A model generated the notes under the pieces. That model did not search any database, was not told the origin of the DNA, and worked only from the letters and a program-made list of their open reading frames with translations. Of a DNA stretch of 64,000 nt, positions 25,308 to 37,476 are shown piece by piece. This DNA comes from Somniosus microcephalus. Lineage: Eukaryota. Position numbers and translations under genes: made by a program. Positions within the stretch are counted from its first letter, which is position 1, and every line of letters begins with the position of its first letter. The stretch is from contig CM126207.1 of the NCBI GenBank assembly GCA_052327205.1, positions 82,522,001-82,586,000 on the forward strand. The letters run 5' to 3'.

Positions 25308-27060
25308 CTGGAGAGAGAAATATTTTGTTGGTGTGGGTTTATGTTAAGTCAGTCTTGATATTAACAGTAATGTGCACAATCCAGTATGCATTAGTCACAA
25401 CAGTAAAAGGAACAAACATAGCTGAAGAGAAAACCAGCAAGTAGGGAAGGGGCATGTCTTTATAGTTTGTATAGTTATAGCTGCTGTTTTATTTATGTTT
25501 ATGCTTGAGAATTCCGTCATTGTTCAATAGCAAGTTCTGGCAGGACTCTACCATCATTTTAATTTGAAGTGCGGGTGTGAAAACACATTGCACAGATTTT
25601 TGATAAAGAAGGAAAGAGGCAAATTAATTTACTCTCTTCCTGAGCGTGTATATTTTTTGCTGTTTACTATAAAAACCCACTGAACAGATGCAAAGTAGGG
25701 GCAAATAGTCGCACTTCCCATCTTGTACTCAAATTACTCATTTAACTGCTCCCAGTCAGAATTTTGTTTCTATGAATCAAGCAAAACAAATGTTTGTGGG
25801 AGATCTCCTACAACTTCTTTCAGTGCAGATCAGCACCTCATCCTCATTTTCACATCTCTACCCCACCTTGTACCATAACCTCTGACTCGCACCCTAAAAT
25901 ATTTCAAGATTATGAGCATATCAGAGTTCCAGTAAAAGCTTCTGAACTTCTTTTATGGTTTATAAATGTGTTTGAATCTCTTGGTAAGATTGCATTCTAA
26001 TTACTCCTGATAATTTTTATCAGTTGTGAAACAAATTCAGAACGACAAAGAAAACAGTGTGGAATAATTTTTGTATTCTATACAGTTGACCACGAGGCTG
26101 TCCCAATATCCTGACTACGGTAGATAGCATGGATGATTGGATATTCATTTGGTTATTAAAATACAAGGGAATAATATGACGGTAGTAAAGTTTAAACAGA
26201 CAAATTGATATAAAGAAGACTTGTTGAAAAATTGGCATTAAAGCTTAAGAAAATTTGTGCAATGTTTGAGCTGGAACAATGGACATATACTGTAACATTT
26301 GGTTTCATCACTTAGATTTATAAGATGGAACTTTAAACAATATTTAAGGGTTGAAAATATGTGAGAAAGTTCATAGTTTCTAAGTGCCATGAATTAGAAT
26401 ACAAAATGTTTTTTGTTCTGTTAAACAGCCCAGCCCACCCTGACCTTTGCAGGATAGAGGGGTTTTGGCTTTTCTCCAGTTATTGGTACCAGCAAAACTC
26501 TTGGTTTAAGCGTAGATTTTTTTAAAAACTGATTATATGTACTATTTTAGAATGGAATAAATTGAAACTGTTAAAATCTGAAAGCTCCAAATCTACCACC
26601 TATCTTTCATAAATTACAAAATACGCAAGCTAAAGTCGCTGATATAAACTAGCAAGCATAATGTAAGCTGCTTTTGCTAAAAATTGATTATTGGAAATTT
26701 AGATATGGTCGGCTCCTGCATTACCGTGTTATTAAAATGAATGTATCTAGCTTTCTTGCGTACAGGTTCCAATTCAGCAACTTTCCAATAAACAAAGGCA
26801 TTTTCCATCTCCCTGTTCATGTGCTTTGCATTTTAATTCTGTCCTTCTAGTTTGTAACTGGAATATGTTGTACGAAACATATAACTAATACTTGTTTTTC
26901 AGTTTAGCAGCAGCAGCACATTTGCATTAATTTTCTATTTAAATTTTTATAGCATGCAAAAGCATGTATTAAGGACACCAAAAAGCTCTCTTGCTTTCTG
27001 AACTTTCTTCTAATTGTAAGTTTTTAAAATTTCTTTTACTTGTACTGTCTTCCTATTTTT

Positions 27061-27090
<30 letters not shown>

Positions 27091-27091
<1 letters not shown>

Positions 27092-27312
27092 TCAGTAAAG
27101 ACTTTCTTCAGCTTATGTAGTCCATAAACTGTGTTTGGGGATCCATAACGATAGTTTAAATAATGGACAGCCACACTTGCGGCTTGTTGAGCAAGACGAT
27201 CTTCTGTAGGAATTTCAACAGCAGTAACTGTAAGGTCTAAACGATTTGCTGTTTTTGGCATTCCATACAGTAATGGTAGGAAACAAACAACGAAGCATAG
27301 AATTGAGTACAT
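27091..27312 (-). CDS. Nested latexin/RARRES1-family gene, exon 1 (signal peptide + start of first cystatin-like domain)
   Basis: ATG in aaacATG context; MYSILCFVVCFLPLLYG hydrophobic leader; EIP...AASVAVHYLNYRYGSP resembles latexin N-terminus; gag|gtaaga donor. Confidence 0.9.
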
Positions 27313-28088
27313 GTTTGAGCAAACCCAACTATGAACTAAACTTTGAGCCCTTACTTGTGTGGAAGATATAGCTTCAGTTGCGTCAGGATCACCGCACCCT
27401 CACGACCTTAATGATTACGTATTCAAGTAATAAATGCTAATGTTTCATGGACTTTGTTAGTCTCACGTTTGCTTCCAACATACTTGCACTTTTGCCTTTA
27501 TTCAGGACCTAACTTTACTGCATTTGATTGATAATATACTTTGGAATTAAATGCTGACTTCATTCTGTTAATCCTGTTTTTAACAAAAAGCGATTTGCTC
27601 TAACTTTTGAACTTGAGCCAAAGTTCATGTTCAGAGTCTAGATCCTTTGAAGGGCTTTTCCCCATTCATTTATCAGTATTGAGGGGAAGGAATATTATTT
27701 TGTGACTATGTCAATGTCCACTACTTTTAGCTGTACTAGTTACACACACGCAAGCATAATCGTTGCAATTTTTTTAAATTGACCTTTTGTCATGCATGTT
27801 CAGTGTAGTGAGTAAAGAGAACCATTTTAAAAGGCTTGTGAAAAATCTTGAGTTTAGCAATTATTTCAAGGAATTGGCATAGTTTACAGGTTGCCTATCT
27901 GATATTCCTGTTCTGTGCTAGTTTAGAAATCCATAACTAATTTCAAAAAGAAATGATTAGACTTGCTAATTTCTTGTGATGTCAAAAAGATAAAGAATGT
28001 CAGAAATTGAGAGCGTGCAATGATCACAAGGCAGTAATCTGATGGGTTCAATGGACATTTTACACCATGTATCCAATGCTCAACCAAT

Positions 28089-28779
28089 GGCCCAGAAATT
28101 CCGTTTGCAGGCCTCCCGCAGACAGGGCTGCGATCTGGAAAAATCTGCGCTTAGACCGGAGGGCTCCCGGGAGGCGCAGAGTTCCATTACTGGGCCTCCC
28201 CAAACTGCTGGTGCGCAGGGCACACGTATCCCAGAGGTGCACACAGTGTCCCTGGGATCACGTGGGCCATGGGGAGCCAATCAGAGAAGGGAATCTCCAT
28301 TCATAGATTTGACAGGAAGACCTGTCAAATATATGAATAGAGATCACCCCCAAAACATAGTAAAACTTCAAATAATTTTTTTAATCACATTTTTAAAATG
28401 ACCATAAATTACATACATTAACTATTTTAAACAAAAATTTTATTTTTTGGAAAAAAAATTAAAGTTTTCACAGGGCTAAAAATAAACTTACCTTTAAAGT
28501 ATTTTTAAACGATAAATCGGTGGAAATTTTTAAAAAACTTTTTTCAACTCTTATCCTGGTAAAAGCATGCAAGTGTTTTCTGCGGGCGGAGGGTCTCCAA
28601 AAAACAGAACTCTCCACCCGCAGAGTCCCTGCTCCAGCGCAGCCGGAGGATCTGTCGAGAGCTTTCTTGACAGATCGGAAATGCCAGTTTCCAGCGTATG
28701 CCTAAAACCGGCATTTCTGTTGGCCCTACGGGTGAGTACACAGCGCGTACACACCCGTTGGGACTGGAATTTCTGCCTC
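28089..28779. mobile_element. Harbinger-type MITE, family C
   Basis: CAGAAATTCC/GGAATTTCTG TIR core; AAT TSD. Confidence 0.8.
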
Positions 28780-30058
28780 AATGTATCTGAATCCTAAATT
28801 TCAATGGAAGGCATAACTTTGTTTTGGGTTAGTTTATCTGCTGACTGTATCTTTGTGGATATGAGTGGGTATTGTGCTCCAACTCAGTGAGTGATCGGCA
28901 CCCACACTGAAGAATTAACTTTCACTTAATCGCTCTATATTGATCAAGAATTTTGCAGTTGATTATTATGGAATTTATGTTACAACATGATTATTTAAAT
29001 TGCTCACCAGATAAATTGAAATAAGTGGAGGTGAACTTGTGTTAAGAGGATCAGGAACTATATTGTTGGGCTGGAGCTCATGTTTTCTGCCTGGAACCTG
29101 TTAGCTCATGGATATGCCAGTGGTCATGCACTAGAGCACTTTTGATTTGGAATTCTGCATTTGATTGGTCACATTGGGGCTTCTCTTCGGATATTTGGTT
29201 ATCTGAGCCAGATGCATAGCAATATTGAGAAGGAAATGGTGAAAACTTATCTAGGAGTAATTCTTGTAACTGATGGTTGACTTTATAATGAGAATTTCCA
29301 AATGTTATCCTACTCTTGACTCCAAATCAGCAGTGATGTGGGAGAGATCCATGTTTTCAGTTGTTTTCCATCTCTAGCCACTCACCATTTCTTTCTCCCA
29401 TTCTTTACTTGGTTTGCATGGAGTGTTGGACATGGTCTTATCAGAAAAAATTAATTAATTTTAATAAAGCAGCAGGTGAGCAAGAAAGTGACATGAAGAC
29501 TACAACCGTGCACAGCAGTGCAAAGCATAACTCCATTTCATTGATTGAAATGTACTGTTTAAAAAGATTGCATCCCTCCTTAAGTCGCTGTCTTTTGATG
29601 AGGTGTGGTTCCATGCATGCTGATCACTCTCTAGATTTTTTAGAAATCGCTAGATTTTTTAAGTCTAGTTAACCAGAAGATCTGTTGTTTACTGAGTCTT
29701 TCTGGAACTAGCAGCCGTTTTGGTAGCAACATAATGAGGCAATTTTATCATGCGTGCAACTGTTCTCCACAGTGACCTCATTAGGCAACTTCGCGGCTCC
29801 AGTATTTCGTGCATGCACACTGTCTAATAGATCGCAGCTCTGTGGAATAGCGAGGCTCACCGTGTAGCCGGTTTAGAGGAAGACTATACTATGAAGACAG
29901 TACTTTGCACAATTAAATACAGGAGAGTAGTACAGCTGTCTCACTTTCTCAGGACCTGGCTGCAGGATAAAATCAATCAAAGATGGTTCATCTTCAGGCT
30001 CAGATATTACCACTGTATAATATTCAATAGAAAACAAGTCCTGTATTTGCACCTATCT

Positions 30059-30116
30059 CATAATAGGTAACCTAACCCATAATAGGTAACCTAACCATAA
30101 TAGGTAACCTAACCAT
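30059..30116. repeat. 18-19 bp tandem repeat x3
   Basis: cataataggtaacctaac(c). Confidence 0.9.
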
Positions 30117-30232
30117 GTTACATAACCTTTTTTCAAAAACTGTAACCATATTCCTTCTAACCGTTTATAGTTGCTGTACAGATTATGTACAGAATTATTT
30201 TTCAACTTATGTTTTTTCAATCTTTTTTCCAG

Positions 30233-30395
30233 CTTTGAATTTACTCACAAGAAGCAGTCTGGTGGTGCAGGCCAGTATGGCAAGGTTATTGGTTTATTAG
30301 AACCTCTGGAGCCTGAAAACTACACCAAGTTAGAATTTGCTGACAGAACTATTGGAACAAATGTACCAAAGCAGTTTATACCAGCCATTGAGAAG
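30233..30395 (+). CDS. GFM1: GFM1 coding exon ([18 protein letters not shown]...IPAIEK)
   Basis: EF-G domain IV motif [11 protein letters not shown]; ccag/gtaatg; 163 nt completing the phase-2 codon. Confidence 0.97.
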
Positions 30396-30789
30396 GTAAT
30401 GGATCTGATTATCTCCTTACCTCACCCCCTTTTCCTCCATCTCCTATTGACTTCTGTTTTTCTTGCTTTGCTTCAAGCAATATTATCAAGTACCCTAATT
30501 ATTGTACTTGGAAACTTGACTTATAGTGGGGGGGAAACTAAAATTTGAAGATTTTATAATTTTTTCAAGAGAAACTGAATCTGAATAATTGCTACCCACA
30601 TGGCACTACCACAAAACTAAACTTGTGAAGTTTGTTGATAGAACATGGAGGAAGCCTGTCCTCAACTGCTTCACACTTAACAGGAAAATGGAGACTATAA
30701 TTATCTAAATCTGGGATAGAACACATATTTATGGCACTAAAAATATTAGCTGGGTAAAACCAAAGTAATAAACCACATTCAGTGTTTTA

Positions 30790-31155
30790 GCCTGTTCCTG
30801 GGACTAGGGACAGGGTCACTGGCAAGGCTTGGAAGCTAAGCAGAGCCAGGCCTGGTTAGTACCTGGAGGGGTGACCACCAGGGAAGACCAGGTGCAGAAG
30901 GTCACGGAAGGAGCCCCGAGGAGGGGCGGTTGGTGAGCAGGCCCGGGCATTGGGCTGAAGAGTGTCGGACAGGAGGAATGGTGGAAATGGAATGGCGGCG
31001 CGCACAGACGCAGCGGCTTTGCTTCTCCCAGGACGGTGCTATTTATGTTAATGTTATTTGTACTGGACTCATGGGAGCTTGCAAGATCACATTTCGTTGT
31101 TCATGTACTTGTGCATTGTACAATGACAATAAAGTTGAATTATTATTATTATTAA
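30790..31155 (+). mobile_element. 5S rRNA-derived SINE (SINE3-like)
   Basis: ggaagctaagcag..ggcctggttagtac.tgga.gg..gacc..c.gggaa.acc.ggtgc matches the 5S internal promoter; ends aataaagttga(att)n. Confidence 0.7.
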
Positions 31156-32565
31156 TTTAGGGATAAGCTCGGGGGCACGGTCAAACTCTTCTTACCGAAC
31201 TGAGTGTTCAAATCCACCCAAACTGATGGGATGAGAATAGTCTGCATCCACAGTCTCTGAGTGTGGGCATTGACAATCCAATTCCTAAGGAAAACACAAA
31301 ACGAAGCTTTTCATTTATTACTAATTTGGTGTTGTTGCTCAGACCACATGGATGACTGATGTGAGAAACGGAAAATATTCATACTGGTGTAGATGTACCT
31401 GGTACTATTCAGAGGGTGGTTACATTGATAGCACATTGTGGAGGAAACATTACCCTTCAGCTAATCTGCCCTGGGTGAGCCGTATCTTGGTATAAAGAAC
31501 AAAAAGTGAAAAAGTATCTTATTCCTCAGTAATCCTTCCTTTGAGTGTACAATATGGACATAGGGTAATAAAAATGTGTAAAATCTTTTATATTTGGTAC
31601 TTAATCCAAAAATCCACTTCATTAAAAAAGATTGAAAAGGCATAGCTTCTAATTCAATTTGGGTGTCTGAAAGCCAGTGCCCTGCTTGGCATCATCAACC
31701 CATCCTCAGCTCAATGAAACTACATAGAACTAACCATTTTATTTGTTCTATATTCATCCCCACTGGTAAGAAAGTAAGAAATAGTTGTATTACAGAAATC
31801 AATCCATGGCTTGGAGCTCATTTAAGGCGGTCATGTATCTCAGGGATGAGATGACATCAAGAACCCACTGGAGTTGTCCTTTTGCAGGTTATGACATCAT
31901 CTCAACCCTTGATGTGTTGCAGCCTTTAAACCGTTGCAAGCCACTGCTATTGAGATTGTAATGCAGATTGTAAGTTGTAAATTATTTGTATGTTAAAAAT
32001 TATAAAACAAATAGTCTGGCAAATGTACTGAGTGAGATGGTGTTGCAGAAATTTGTGGATTTATTTTATTGACCAATTATATACGGTTAGATGGAATATG
32101 GTTACAGTTTTGCCATAATCAGTGTATCTGACTGTTTTATCCTGGGCCTGTATTAGTTACAGAACATCTATTGAATTGTTTTTTTAAATTAACTTTTTCA
32201 TATTTTGCCTGCCTTTATTTAACTTTTACTATTTTTAGTGTGTGACACTGAGGCTGATTATAATGCCTGCGCAGTTTCTCTGGCTGAGATTTGCTGTTTA
32301 AGCACAGGAAAGGGACTGAAGTGGGACCTTTTGATCTGTATGGCTCCAAGAAAGCTGATTATTAAATTATTTTTATAAATTAAATGGTAAATATAAAATA
32401 TTCAGGTTCAAAGACAAATTAAGCCCATCCTCATATATCCTCCTTCATATCACCACTGGTTAAATTCAGTGAAGTTCTGGTTCAATTTGATTTATGTTTA
32501 AAGCTTTAGTCATACAATCAAAAACATGTTTAAATGTCATAATGTGCTGTGTGTTATTTTGGCAG

Positions 32566-32710
32566 GGATTTCTTGAAGCTTGTGAAAAGGGTCCTCTTAC
32601 AGCTCATAAAATCTCTGGGATACGATTTGTACTGGAAGATGGTGCTCATCACATGGTGGATTCCAATGAAATTTCTTTCATCAGAGCTGGAGAGGGTGCT
32701 GTCAAACAGG
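32566..32710 (+). CDS. GFM1: GFM1 coding exon ([11 protein letters not shown]...[14 protein letters not shown]...KQ)
   Basis: gcag/gtttgt; 145 nt; domain IV HxVDS motif. Confidence 0.96.
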
Positions 32711-33613
32711 GTTTGTAAAGCTAATAGAAAACAGAAATACAAAATGCTAACATATTCTCAATGTCCTCCCCACTTCCTTAGAAAATAATGTGTTAATGGA
32801 GCTTTTGTGTAACTCCTCTTAAATAAAATTATAAATCGGATTTTTAAAAATCAAATTTACTAAAACCTTTGTTTCTGGACAACGGGTGTCTGTTGAAGCA
32901 AAAATACAAGTGATTTCCTTTCAACTGACACCGATTTAGTTTTGCAGATTGCCATACTGGACCTGTATGTCTTTGTCATGAATGGAGAATTGGCATCCTG
33001 GTAACTTCAAAACTGTACATTGGACTTTCTATCAAACAAATCCCACAAATGACTTTCCTAGATCCTTTTCACAATGGGAACCTATATGTACATTTGTAGA
33101 TGGAAGATAATTTGCAATGAAAAATGCCATTTAATTACAAAAATCATTTTTATTTTAATTTCCTATTATATATGTTGCATATTATTACTTTCACTCCAAT
33201 TGCATATAATGTTTATGTACAAGCATTGTGGAATCCTGAAAATAATGTTTTGCCACATGGCAGGAGAAAACCAGCTGGTCCACCTGCCCCAAACTCATGA
33301 TGCCTGGAGCATCCTGACTAGACCCTTCCTAACTCCCCGCAGGTATGTAATCTCCTGGGAGAAGCGAAAACCCAGGGCAAATTGGTGAGGGGGGAGAGAA
33401 TCAGGGAAATTCCTCTTCGATCCCCTCAGGCGATCAAAACTAGCTCAGGAGATCGCATTATCCATGCACGCATTAACTGTAAATGCACTTTACCTTATAT
33501 GTGATGCGACCTCTGCCCTAGCCAAGAACTGGTCCACATCCCTCTTGAAGTTTTGAATAAACAGGTATTTCACAGAAATAATTACTTGCTTTCTATTTGT
33601 TTCCATTGTTCAG

Positions 33614-33774
33614 CTATGGAGAAGATCGGCGTGGTTATTCTGGAGCCCATTATGTCAGTGGAGGTTGTAGCGCCAAATGAGTTTCAGGGAACTGTAATTG
33701 CTGGAGTTAATCGTCGACATGGTGTTATCACTGGCCAGGATGGAGCAGAGGGATACTTTACACTTTATGCTGAT
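33614..33774 (+). CDS. GFM1: GFM1 coding exon ([25 protein letters not shown]...TLYAD)
   Basis: tcag/gtatgt; 161 nt; LEPIM motif of domain V. Confidence 0.96.
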
Positions 33775-34727
33775 GTATGTATAATGCATTGCTTAGTTTT
33801 ATTTCACGGAAAGTTGCTGATATTGTTATTGAGTAACCGTGGTCACATTTTTCCTTATGTAGATAATTATCTGTTTTATTAGTCTCTTCACTGTACATTA
33901 GTGACTATATGCCTGCAAAAATAAATAATGGTTCAGCAGAAGATACTACTTTTGTAGAACATGGTGAAAGGGATGTGGAGCATTGTGGAATGAAACATTT
34001 CTTTTTGTAGTGGTAGCATTAGCATTCCCTGATCATGCGAAGCAGCGGGTGAATGATATCCGTGTCCCTCTTGCATTCCAAATTTTTTTTTATAATACTG
34101 CCCTGTAGGTTTTGGAATTTTTTAATCCCATTTGAAGGATGGGTTTTATTCATTCCTTGCTTGTGTCTATTTCTACCTGAGGGGAATTTACTTGTTTGAG
34201 CAAATAACAGAACATTTGATTGGACATGGACTGAATAGAATAGTTTCCACATTATGGTATATTCACTTTTAGTGACAATTGATGGAAAAGCCCTAATGGC
34301 ATCACATAAATAGTCACCAGTGTTGATGCCAAGCTTTGTTTTTGTTTCAGTAATAAGTAGAATTAAATAGGTGGGAATTTTATGTTATTGGTATACGGTA
34401 CTTTGCTGTTGTGTTGGTAGAATGCAACTTAATTCCACTCGATACCAATAGGTCTGATATCCTAGCGCTAAATTCTACAATAATCTTCACAGGAGACCTT
34501 TATGATTGTTCTGTCAAAATATTTGTTAAAAAGCCAAATATTGGATATATTCACTTCCTTGTCACAATTGTTCTTTTGTCAGTTTTTGTGGTTTGCTTTG
34601 CTTTTGTCAAGTTATGAAATAGCTAATCTTTAACTGAATGAGGGGAAAACAAACTGACATGAAGGGCCAGTTATTGTCAATATTGGCATCATGTAAGATT
34701 TGAAAAATGTTGTTTGTTGTTTTACAG

Positions 34728-34781
34728 GTACCACTGAATGACATGTTTGGCTATGCCACAGAACTGCGGTCTTGCACAGAG
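34728..34781 (+). CDS. GFM1: GFM1 coding exon (VPLNDMFGYATELRSCTE)
   Basis: tacag/gtacat; 54 nt; VPLxxMFGY motif. Confidence 0.96.
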
Positions 34782-35104
34782 GTACATCACCAAACACTTA
34801 ATTGTGCCTAATGTTTACCTGGCCTTCAATTTCATCTCTTGCTCCCCTGAGGCAACTCATTCTCTTTTCCTAAAATAAATGCTTGATGTAGCAGTAAGAA
34901 TGGAAGAGGCTGAAGATTAGTTATTAGTGATAAATAAATCTTTTAGACTTCATTTTTTACATTTTGTACTTTATATAATGATAAATTAAGAATTGATCAA
35001 GTAATCTGAGTCTTTGACCTGATCAGAATTACTGTAAGCAAATGGGTGAACAGTTTAAAGGGTTTAGCAAGCTTTGTTACAACCTTTTTAACTATGTTTT
35101 CCAG

Positions 35105-35236
35105 GGTAAAGGTGAATACACTATGGACTACAGCAGATACCAGCCATGTCTGCCCAGTGTACAGGAAGAGCTGGCCAATAAATACCTAGAAGCAACCGGT
35201 CAACTGCCAATTAAAAAGGGAAAAGCCAAGAACTAA
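35105..35236 (+). CDS. GFM1: GFM1 last coding exon ([15 protein letters not shown]...KKGKAKN*)
   Basis: ccag acceptor; C-terminus matches vertebrate GFM1; TAA at 35234-35236. Confidence 0.97.
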   Translation, partial: GKGEYTMDYSRYQPCLPSVQEELANKYLEATGQLPIKKGKAKN

Positions 35237-36499
35237 ATGCCATCTCATTATCAGTTGATTTTACAAGATGTTGCCATCACTTTACACAGCTTGATAACTG
35301 TTTCAAGAACACATACACTGGTGCCTCTGTTGGAAGTGTTTTTTGTTGGCGACACCTACACAAGAATTCCTTAAGACTGTTCCTTTGACAGGGCATACAG
35401 CAATCGTTGCATGTCATGAACTGGCAGAACACAATGTCACTTTGCATTTATCAAACCGTTGTCTTATTTTGAAGCAGTCTGCTTATCACAAGGTGACACG
35501 CTGACGTTTATTTCTTCCTGCTGTAGCTCTGAAAGCAGCTGATTTTTTTTTAATGATTATCACAGATGGAAATTAACTTTTATGCCCTTTTGGAAAGGGT
35601 GTGTTATCTGGTAATGTTGATTTCTGAGAGAAAGAAATGTTTTCAATTTTTTTTCTTAAGATAAGCAATCCCAGCCTTGTTCCCATTGTACATTTTTCCT
35701 GATCCAGGCATCATCTGTTGAAGTACAAAATCCTGATCTAAGGCATAAAATTTCCCCCAATTACCACTTAACTTAATTGCTGTACTCAGAATTAAAATAT
35801 AACTTTCACTTGGATCCAGCATTGGATTTTAGAAATCTAATTAGTTTTGTCTTTATATTTCTGTTAATTTAAAGGGGCACTACATCTACAAGAGAGTTTG
35901 GGGAAGGAGAAGGGCCATGTTTCGGTCCGATGAGGTCATGTGCCAGTTATGCAGTGCTGTGTTTATTTACTAAGATTATTTACCACATTCTGTTTTAACC
36001 AACAAAAAAGTTTCCTGAACAGTTTTTCATAAAGACTGTGCCCTTTTAATTATGCTGTCATATAAAAGTCAGATATTTTTATCTGGTGTTGATGATTCTA
36101 GCTTCTCAAAGTGAACAATATCCCTGTGCTTTTGGCTTTTGGAAACAGAACATTTTTATAAAATGTGGACCTTTGGATTTACTGGCATTCAATCATGAAA
36201 CTAGAAGGAAAAATAACGTAGATGGTGAACTTTGTGTTTCTTAAATGAAAAGGTTCTTTTGTTTGTGATTATTCCCTTTGATTACTTAAAGGTCTTTGTT
36301 TCTTGCAAGCTGCTTATTGTCTCCTCTGCCTACTCCATGTACTGCCCACCAGCTGAAAGTGCACAGGTGGCCTGTTTTCCAATCTCCTAACACTGCTATT
36401 CTGTACCTGCTGGTAAAACTCAACATAGTAGGAAACACTGACAATGCATATTGGTGCATCGGGAGGCACTGCATTATGCCTTGATGGCCTCAGCGGCTT

Positions 36500-36505
36500 A
36501 ATAAA
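36500..36505 (+). promoter_or_regulatory. Candidate GFM1 polyadenylation signal AATAAA
   Basis: First canonical hexamer I found after the stop; ATTAAA alternatives near 35791 and 36956. Confidence 0.35.
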
Positions 36506-37321
36506 TCGCCCACTCTGTCATATCTGCAGAAATTGTTTCCCCTCCATTTGTACATTTGAATTCTATAAATGAATGGCCTCCTTCTGTGCTGTACTATCTA
36601 TGATTCTATATCTTTTGAGGTAAGATGGCGAGAAAACTAAAACAAAAACATTCTCTTGATTTTTGTTTGAGAGTGTGCTCTATACTAAATATTTGAAGTT
36701 CAGCGTATCAAGAAAGCAATGTTTTCTTTGAACACTGAAATGTATTGTTAGATGTCCCTTGTATTTACTGAATTTGGTTTCCTCTATTTAAACCTGAAAT
36801 ATTTGAAGTTTAAACAGCATAAATATTTTATGTCTGATAGCACTGTTCATAAACTCTATCAGAATGTCAGAACTGCACAAAGACAGAGGTTTTGTATTCA
36901 GTCAAATGCCCACTTGTCTGTTTTTGTTTATTTTTGTGTTCCATTTCTCATTTATATTAAAACCTTAAATATTTTCTAAAAATGTCTCTCTACACGTTGA
37001 ACGTTCTTGCAGAATAACCAGATTTAAATGTGATGGTATAGAATGGTTTTTAATTAGCCCCTAAAGAAAAAGCTAAAGGACCAGTTAGGGGAAAAATGGC
37101 AGAAAAGTTTTGTATTCAGTCAAATGCCCACTTGTCTGTTTTTTGTTTATTTTAGTTTGATGTAATAGACCACCACCACCCAGTGGTAGGACCCAGGTTT
37201 ACAACTGCAACTCCCACAGAATGACTTTCTGATTATTGCTGCACAGTAATACGGAGGCCACAGAGAGAAATTGGAGAGCAAATCAACCTTAATCTGCATG
37301 TGCATTCCCTTTTATATTAAT

Positions 37322-37476
37322 GTCGGCCTTGAATCAGTGGTAGCACTCTTGTCTCTGAGTCAAAAGGTCGTGGGTTCAAGCCCCACTGCAGAGACTTGAG
37401 CTCGTAATCTAGGCTGACACTTCAGTGCAGTACTGGGGGAGTACTGCACTGTTGGAGGTGCCGTCTTTCAGATGAG
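37322..37476 (+). mobile_element. tRNA-derived Deu-type SINE head (an inverted relative lies at ~2442-2568)
   Basis: A box tcagtggtag, B box gggttcaagccc, then cagtgcagtactg..ggag..ctgcactg core. Confidence 0.75.

Noticed and set aside
30831-30897. Functional 5S rRNA gene
   Set aside because: The 5' half is missing or diverged, there is no T-run terminator, and a SINE-like body follows
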